Assembly: GCA_964476515.1 (NCBI GenBank)
Contig: CAYZAY010000005.1
Location: 1 to 53,627, forward strand
Reading direction: 5' to 3'
Source: an uncultured Rhodobacterales bacterium
GTDB lineage: Bacteria > Pseudomonadota > Alphaproteobacteria > Rhodobacterales > Rhodobacteraceae
Length of the DNA stretch: 53,627 bases
Below, one piece after another: positions 48,249 through 53,627 of the stretch (the stretch's first letter is position 1; the number at the start of each line of letters is the position of its first letter). Below the pieces are notes generated by a model. It made no database searches. It had not been told where the DNA came from and saw only the letters and a list, made by a program, of their open reading frames with translations. The translations under genes and the position numbers were made by a program.

Positions 48249-49088
48249 ATGAAAGCGGCTCTGATCCAGCTTAACTCTAGCGACGATCCAACAGATAACC
48301 TTGGTCAAACGCTGGGTTATATGCGTCAAGCAGTAGCTGGAGGGGCCGAATTTATTCTGACGCCCGAAGTCATGAATTGTGTTTCCGTCAGCCGGACCCA
48401 TCAAAATGCGGTTTTGCAGTCGCAAGGTCAGGACCTCACCCTAAGCGGCATTCGCGAATTCGCTGCGGAACATAGGGTTTGGGTTCAAATCGGGTCTTTG
48501 GCGTTGAAAACATCAGATCCTGAGGGCCGATTTGCGAACCGGTCGTTCTTGATTTCTTCCAGCGGAGAGATTGCCGCGAGCTACGACAAAATCCACATGT
48601 TCGACGCAACCGTATCAGAACAGGAAACCTATCGTGAATCCGCCGGATACCGTCCGGGATCAGAGGCTGTTCTTGCCCAAACCCCTTTTGGCCAGATCGG
48701 AATGTCGATCTGTTATGACGTTCGGTTTCCCCATCTGTATCGTGATCTCGCCAAGGCTGGCGCGGACATACTGACCGTACCGTCAGCCTTTAGCCCGGTC
48801 ACCGGTGCAGCCCATTGGGAACCTTTGTTGCGCGCCCGTGCAATTGAAACCGGGTGCTATGTTCTGGCGGCTGCTCAAACCGGCACGCACAAAAAATCGC
48901 GCGGCAAAGAGCGGTCGACCTTTGGCCATTCAATGGTCGTTGATCCTTGGGGGAAGGTCATTCTTGACGCTGGTACAAAACCGGGTGTGCATTTTGTTGA
49001 TCTGGACCTGTCAAATGTGACAAAAGCGCGGGAAAGACTACCGTCTTTGAAGCATGACCGAGACTACACGGGCCCAGAAAGCGTTTAA
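48249..49088 (+). CDS. Carbon-nitrogen hydrolase family protein (Nit/omega-amidase-like)
   Basis: Catalytic Glu ('LTPE'), Lys ('YDKIHMF') and Cys ('SICYDVRFP') motifs. Confidence 0.85.
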   Translation: MKAALIQLNSSDDPTDNLGQTLGYMRQAVAGGAEFILTPEVMNCVSVSRTHQNAVLQSQGQDLTLSGIREFAAEHRVWVQIGSLALKTSDPEGRFANRSFLISSSGEIAASYDKIHMFDATVSEQETYRESAGYRPGSEAVLAQTPFGQIGMSICYDVRFPHLYRDLAKAGADILTVPSAFSPVTGAAHWEPLLRARAIETGCYVLAAAQTGTHKKSRGKERSTFGHSMVVDPWGKVILDAGTKPGVHFVDLDLSNVTKARERLPSLKHDRDYTGPESV

Positions 49089-49525
49089 TGAGCAACTCGA
49101 TTACCAACCTTGCCGTCACCCTGTTCAGCGAAATACTGATCGCTGACCAATTGGCGCGTGACCGTCTGAGCAAGGTGTTGCCCAAGGGCATGGAGATTTC
49201 GCATTTCTCGGTTCTGAACCATCTTGCACATTCGACGGACGAAAAAACCCCTGCGCAATTGGCGAAAAGCTTTCACGTCACACGCGGCGCGATGAGCAAT
49301 ACGCTGAACAAGCTTGAGGTTGCTGGCTACATCCACATTCGCCCTGATTGGGATGACGCACGGCGCAAGCAAATCACCATTAGCGGCGCTGGCCGTCAGG
49401 CGCGGGATCAGGCTTTGGCGGCGATTACCCCTTTGATAGAGACTGTTGTGAACGATCTTGGCGAAGAAAAGGTGCGCTCAGCGCTACCTATTTTACGCGA
49501 ACTTCGCCTGCGTCTGGATCAGTAG
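49088..49525 (+). CDS. MarR family transcriptional regulator
   Basis: Winged-HTH pattern 'SHFSVLNHL...TPAQLAKSFHVTRGAMSNTLNKLEVAGYI'. Its ATG overlaps the upstream stop (TAATG). Confidence 0.85.
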   Translation: MSNSITNLAVTLFSEILIADQLARDRLSKVLPKGMEISHFSVLNHLAHSTDEKTPAQLAKSFHVTRGAMSNTLNKLEVAGYIHIRPDWDDARRKQITISGAGRQARDQALAAITPLIETVVNDLGEEKVRSALPILRELRLRLDQ

Positions 49526-50281
49526 TCAGGGCCGCAGGCTAGCGGTGACATAGTTCACGCTTAGATCACGATCTGAAATCGACCAGCTCCAAAGCGCCGG
49601 ATTGAAGACGAAACCCTTTTTGTCGACCACGTTCAGACCAGCATCTGTCAGCAGATCGTGCAGTTCGTCCGGCGTGATGAACTTGTTCCATTCATGGGTT
49701 CCCTTGGGAAGCCAACGCATGATGACCTCGGCCCCCAGAATTGCGACCGCATAGCTTTTGGGATTGCGGTTAATGGTCGAACAAAGATGCAGACCACCCG
49801 ATTTCAGAAGGTCACGGCAGGCGGTCAGATAGGACAGCGGGTCGGCGACGTGTTCGATCACCTCCATGTTCAGAACGACGTCGAATTGTTCACCCGCTTC
49901 CGCCAAGGCTTCGGCGGTGGTGTGGCGATAATCGACGGTAAGTCCGGATTGTTCAGCGTGGATGCGGGCAACGGGCAAGTTTCCGCCTGCAGCGTCGGCG
50001 CCCACAACCTCGGCACCCAATCGTGCCATGGGTTCGGATAGCAATCCACCACCACAGCCGATGTCCAGAATGCGCAAACCCTTGAATGGTAACGATTCGC
50101 TCATGTCGCGCCCATATTCAGCGGCGATCTGGCTGGTGATATAATCCAGACGACAAGGATTCATCATATGAAGCGGCTTAAATTTACCGTTCGGATCCCA
50201 CCATTCAGCGGCCATCGCTTCAAATTTGGCGATCTCGCTATCGTCAACAGTGGTGTGAGGCTCTTGCATTCTGATCTCCAT
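49526..50281 (-). CDS. ubiG: Ubiquinone biosynthesis O-methyltransferase UbiG
   Basis: '[29 protein letters not shown]' and the SAM motif '[16 protein letters not shown]'. The start may instead be the Met 4 codons in. Confidence 0.9.
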   Translation of the reverse strand: MEIRMQEPHTTVDDSEIAKFEAMAAEWWDPNGKFKPLHMMNPCRLDYITSQIAAEYGRDMSESLPFKGLRILDIGCGGGLLSEPMARLGAEVVGADAAGGNLPVARIHAEQSGLTVDYRHTTAEALAEAGEQFDVVLNMEVIEHVADPLSYLTACRDLLKSGGLHLCSTINRNPKSYAVAILGAEVIMRWLPKGTHEWNKFITPDELHDLLTDAGLNVVDKKGFVFNPALWSWSISDRDLSVNYVTASLRP

Positions 50282-50318
50282 ATGCTCTTTTGGCTTCTGC
50301 TAAACATATGGGGCACGA

Positions 50319-51302
50319 ATGTACAAATCCGCAGGCCAAATGAGCGCAGCACAAACGCTTTATCCGCCGATTGAGCCGTTTGACCAGCGTATGATTGACG
50401 TTGGCGACGGTCATTCGGTGTATTTTGAGCAATGCGGCAACCCCGACGGGATTCCGGTGCTGGTTTGTCACGGTGGACCGGGAGGCGGATGCAGCCCCGC
50501 GATGCGGCGATATTTCGACCCCGAGATTTATCGGGTGATACTTTTCGATCAGCGCGGATGCGGCCGCTCAAAGCCCCATGCCAATGTCGAATACAATACG
50601 ATCTGGCATCTCATCGCGGACATGGAAAAGATCCGAGAGCTTTTGGAGATTGATCTCTGGCTGTTGTTTGGCGGTAGCTGGGGCGCGACCCTAGCGCTTG
50701 TCTATGCGCAGTCGTTTCCAGACCACGTTCGGCACATTGTTCTGCGCGGTGTATTCTTGATGACCGAGCGAGAGCTTGATTGGTTCTACGGCGGTGGCGC
50801 TGGGCAGTTCTGGCCTGAGCTTTGGGAAAGGTTCAAAGCCATGATCCCGGCCGAGGAGCGGGGCGACCTTATCCACGCTTATCACAAGCGGTTATTCAGC
50901 GGGACGCACCACCAAGAAATCCGCTACGCTCGGGCTTGGTCGGCTTGGGAAACGGCGCTTGCATCCATCGATAGCAGAGGATCGAGCGCTTATGGTGGTT
51001 CAGGGGAATATGCCCGTGCTTTTGCCAGATTGGAAAACCATTATTTCATCAATGGCGGCTTTCTGGACGAGAGCCAGCAAGTCCTTGCCAATATGGACAA
51101 GCTTAGAGATGTTTCGGGAACCATTGTGCAGGGTCGCTACGATCTGATTTGCCCACCTCGGTCCGCATATGAGCTGTCGCGGCATTGGAAAAAGTCCGAA
51201 TTGCGGATGGTCGGCAAAGCGGGTCACGCGATGTCTGATCCCGGGATTACATCCGAACTGGTGCGGACGATGAATATGCTGCCTTTGCGCTTTGGGTGGT
51301 AG
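50319..51302 (+). CDS. pip: Prolyl aminopeptidase (proline iminopeptidase)
   Basis: 'LYPPIEPF', 'HGGPGGG', and the nucleophile 'GGSWGATLAL'. The start may be the ATG at 50340. Confidence 0.9.
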   Translation: MYKSAGQMSAAQTLYPPIEPFDQRMIDVGDGHSVYFEQCGNPDGIPVLVCHGGPGGGCSPAMRRYFDPEIYRVILFDQRGCGRSKPHANVEYNTIWHLIADMEKIRELLEIDLWLLFGGSWGATLALVYAQSFPDHVRHIVLRGVFLMTERELDWFYGGGAGQFWPELWERFKAMIPAEERGDLIHAYHKRLFSGTHHQEIRYARAWSAWETALASIDSRGSSAYGGSGEYARAFARLENHYFINGGFLDESQQVLANMDKLRDVSGTIVQGRYDLICPPRSAYELSRHWKKSELRMVGKAGHAMSDPGITSELVRTMNMLPLRFGW

Positions 51303-51370
51303 GGCAATAAATCATCTTTCCCTATGTGTTTGGCATCGTTAACCTTCACCGAATCTTCTAAGGATGCTGA

Positions 51371-52843
51371 ATGACGGCGACCCTTGCACAAACGACTGAC
51401 AGAAGAAGGCTGCTAACCACAGGTTTGGCAGCCGGTCTGCTTGCGGCGTCTGGGTTGTCGATTACCGCACGGCCTCGGGTCGGCGGGCGGCTTCGGGCGG
51501 CATTGCCTGGCGCATCGTTGATGGACAGTTGGGATGCGCGCAAAGGCTTTGGCCTGTTCATGGCTGCCGCTGGACAAGGCGCGGTGTTTGATAACCTGAC
51601 CGAGGTCGCGGCGGACGGGTCACTGCGTGGCGAATTGGCAACCGGATGGCACGCCAGCCAAGATGCAAAGACATGGATTTTTGATCTGCGCAGTGGCGTA
51701 CAATTTCACGATGGAACGTATTTTGACGCTGCGAGTGTGATCGAATCCATCCGCCTTCATATTGATGCAGGCCCAAGCAGGGCTGGATGGCATTTGGTGT
51801 CGAATATAGATACTATTAAGGCCAATTCGCCCACTCAGGTGCAGTTTACACTTCACGCTGGTAATGCCGATTTCCCCTATCTGCTGTCGGACCGTCATTT
51901 GATTGTCTATCCGGCGGGCAAGATCGCAGAATCGATGCGCCTAGGGATCGGAACCGGTCTGTATCGCGTGGCAAAGTTCGATGCGGGTCAGCGGTTTGTC
52001 GGCTGGCGGGTTTCTGGGCATTACAAAGACGGATCTGCAGGCTGGTTCGACCAGATCGAATTTCTTGCAGCGGATGATGCATCCCAAGGGCTGGCGCTTC
52101 TTCAGACAGGCCGTGTAGATGCCGCCGCACAGGTGAATCCGGCGGAAACAGAGACTGTTTTAGCGGACTCCAAGCTACGACTATCTAGCGTTCCGGGCAA
52201 TCAGCACATCGCGTTGGACACATCCACGCTTCCGAACGACGACGTTCGCTTGGCGCTGAAATCGGCGATTGATCGCGAAGATGTTCTTTTGTCCGGTCTT
52301 TACGGATACGGGCATGTTGGCAATGACAGCCCGCTTGGACCTTTCAACCAGCACTTCCAGCCTGCGAATGGTGCGGGTTACGACCCTGAAAAGGCTCTAT
52401 TCCTACTTAACAAGGCTGGATACAACGGGTTTGGACTGAATTTGGAGCTGGCAAATGGCGTTCCTTCGACGGTTGGACCAGCTGTCTGGTCTTCCCTGCT
52501 TGCAAGCGGATTTGCCAAATCATTTGGGCCGACGATTAAAGCGAACCTTTGGTCTGGTCGCCCAACCGAAGACTGGATGCTTAGCGCAAACAGCGAATTA
52601 GGCGGGAATAGTGCCGAATTTGAAGCCTTACGTGCCGAAGCGCTGTCTGAACTTGATCCCGCTCGACGGGCCGAGCTGTACGCCGATCTTCAGACCCGCA
52701 TGAAAGCGTCGGGGCCAATCGTGGTGCCGGCTTTTGCCAATTTCCTTCATGCGATCAGCAAGCGGGTGGCTGAGCCGCTTACCCAAGGCAACCTTTGGCC
52801 GATGGACAATGCCCGTTTTGCCGAACGCTGGTGGCAGTCCTAA
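51371..52843 (+). CDS. ABC transporter substrate-binding protein (family 5, peptide/nickel type) with Tat-like leader
   Basis: 'DRRRLLTTGLAAGLLAASG' leader and an SBP_bac_5-like body, 490 aa. Confidence 0.85.
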   Translation: MTATLAQTTDRRRLLTTGLAAGLLAASGLSITARPRVGGRLRAALPGASLMDSWDARKGFGLFMAAAGQGAVFDNLTEVAADGSLRGELATGWHASQDAKTWIFDLRSGVQFHDGTYFDAASVIESIRLHIDAGPSRAGWHLVSNIDTIKANSPTQVQFTLHAGNADFPYLLSDRHLIVYPAGKIAESMRLGIGTGLYRVAKFDAGQRFVGWRVSGHYKDGSAGWFDQIEFLAADDASQGLALLQTGRVDAAAQVNPAETETVLADSKLRLSSVPGNQHIALDTSTLPNDDVRLALKSAIDREDVLLSGLYGYGHVGNDSPLGPFNQHFQPANGAGYDPEKALFLLNKAGYNGFGLNLELANGVPSTVGPAVWSSLLASGFAKSFGPTIKANLWSGRPTEDWMLSANSELGGNSAEFEALRAEALSELDPARRAELYADLQTRMKASGPIVVPAFANFLHAISKRVAEPLTQGNLWPMDNARFAERWWQS

Positions 52844-52926
52844 GCGTTGGGCGGAGAATTTCCGATGAACAATGGCTTGGCTGATTATCCTAGGATTTCC
52901 AACGCGTTGTGGATAGAGACCCGCCT

Positions 52927-53627
52927 ATGAGTAAGTTGCCGCAGATAGCTGGGCTTGAACCAAGCACTTGGAACGCCGCCAAGCGCGCGCTCAGGGAAAC
53001 TTTAAAGCCGCGCTGGCAACTTTATCTATTGTCTATCGTCTTTATGGTTGCCGCCGCTGCCTTCACCGGTGCTTTGGCCTATTCCACCAAGCTGATTGTT
53101 AATGACGTATTTGTTGACGACAACGCCGAAGGCGCGACTTGGGTCGCTCTGATCGTCATCGGCGTTTCCATCGGTAAAGGCGGTAGTCAATATCTAGCCA
53201 ATGTTCTGGCAGAACAGTTCACGCGAACGATCAGCGCCGACTACAAACGCCAGATATTCCAAAAGCTACTGCACCGTCCGGTTCAGGAATATGCAGGCGT
53301 TCATGCGTCGCGGTTTCTTGCCCAAGTCACGACATACGGACAAGCCACGGCGATTGCGGTTGTGACCCTGTCGAACAAAATGCTGATGGATGTTATCGCA
53401 CTGATTGCGTTGATCGCCGTTATGATCATGCAAGACCCGATCATGACGCTTGGCTGCGCGATTCTGTTTCCGCTGATCTTCTTTCTTGTTGGGCGTCTGA
53501 CCGCCCGTGTTCGCACTCTTGCAAGGGCCGAGGCAGAGCTTTCCGGCAATGTCGACGCCATTGGGGTCGAAGCGATTCAGGGCATCAAAACAGTCAAATC
53601 CTACGGGTTAGAGACGAAAACAAACCA
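52927..53627 (+). CDS. ABC exporter, fused permease/ATPase type (MsbA-like TMD), 3' end outside window; not in the ORF track
   Basis: I translated it by hand from the ATG at 52927: 'MSKLPQIAGLEPSTWNAAKRALRETLKPRWQLYLLSIVFMVAAAAFTGALAYSTKLIVNDVF...IQGIKTVKSYGLETKTN'. There is no stop through 53627, and the pattern is typical of an ABC_membrane domain. Confidence 0.75.
   Translation, partial: MSKLPQIAGLEPSTWNAAKRALRETLKPRWQLYLLSIVFMVAAAAFTGALAYSTKLIVNDVFVDDNAEGATWVALIVIGVSIGKGGSQYLANVLAEQFTRTISADYKRQIFQKLLHRPVQEYAGVHASRFLAQVTTYGQATAIAVVTLSNKMLMDVIALIALIAVMIMQDPIMTLGCAILFPLIFFLVGRLTARVRTLARAEAELSGNVDAIGVEAIQGIKTVKSYGLETKTN

Noticed and set aside
1-53627. Scanned for tRNA/rRNA/tmRNA genes, CRISPR repeats, IS elements/transposases, toxin-antitoxin pairs and known defence-system genes.
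   Set aside because: No T-loop-like GGTTCGAATCC motifs occur outside coding regions, and there are no regularly spaced repeats. No transposase, integrase, nuclease-helicase, restriction-modification, Cas or abortive-infection-type ORFs are in the track. A by-eye scan cannot exclude small ncRNAs.

Overview
This is an origin-proximal stretch of an alphaproteobacterial chromosome. Gene order and protein sequences look Rhodobacterales/roseobacter-like, which is inference from synteny only. Almost everything is conserved housekeeping: hslU, secB, dnaQ-coaE-aroE-maf, hemJ, rho, mnmE-mnmG-rsmG-parA-parB, hemW-rdgB-rph, hrcA-grpE, mutS, maeB, argG, ilvA, hslO, cca, hemH, grxC, ubiG and pip. The AT-rich 370-bp maf/hemJ gap (about 8.76-9.16 kb) carries a cluster of DnaA-box matches, and gene orientation flips there. 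Two perfect 16-bp parS palindromes lie 4-6 kb to the right, flanking mnmG. Together these give a coherent oriC/parS/parAB partition region. I found no tRNA, rRNA, CRISPR array, IS element, integrase or recognisable defence system. Truly accessory content is small. (1) An orphan three-gene phage/GTA-like tail-fibre module sits at 29.5-31.6 kb (DUF2793-type fibre, a small protein, and a DUF4376-like protein) with no other phage genes nearby. (2) An Hpt gene lies divergent from a response-regulator-PP2C phosphatase gene whose receiver domain is cut by an in-frame TAA. (3) A class IV aminotransferase is translationally coupled to a sulfotransferase-fold protein, downstream of a PfkB kinase. (4) A peptidoglycan-remodelling mini-cluster (two L,D-transpeptidases and a CAP-domain lipoprotein) has unusual repeats in its divergent promoter region. 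The ORF track omits one gene: an ABC exporter (MsbA-like transmembrane domain) that starts at 52927 and runs off the right edge. No single locus convinces me it is a new multi-gene system. The tail-fibre module and the aminotransferase/sulfotransferase pair are the best candidates for follow-up.
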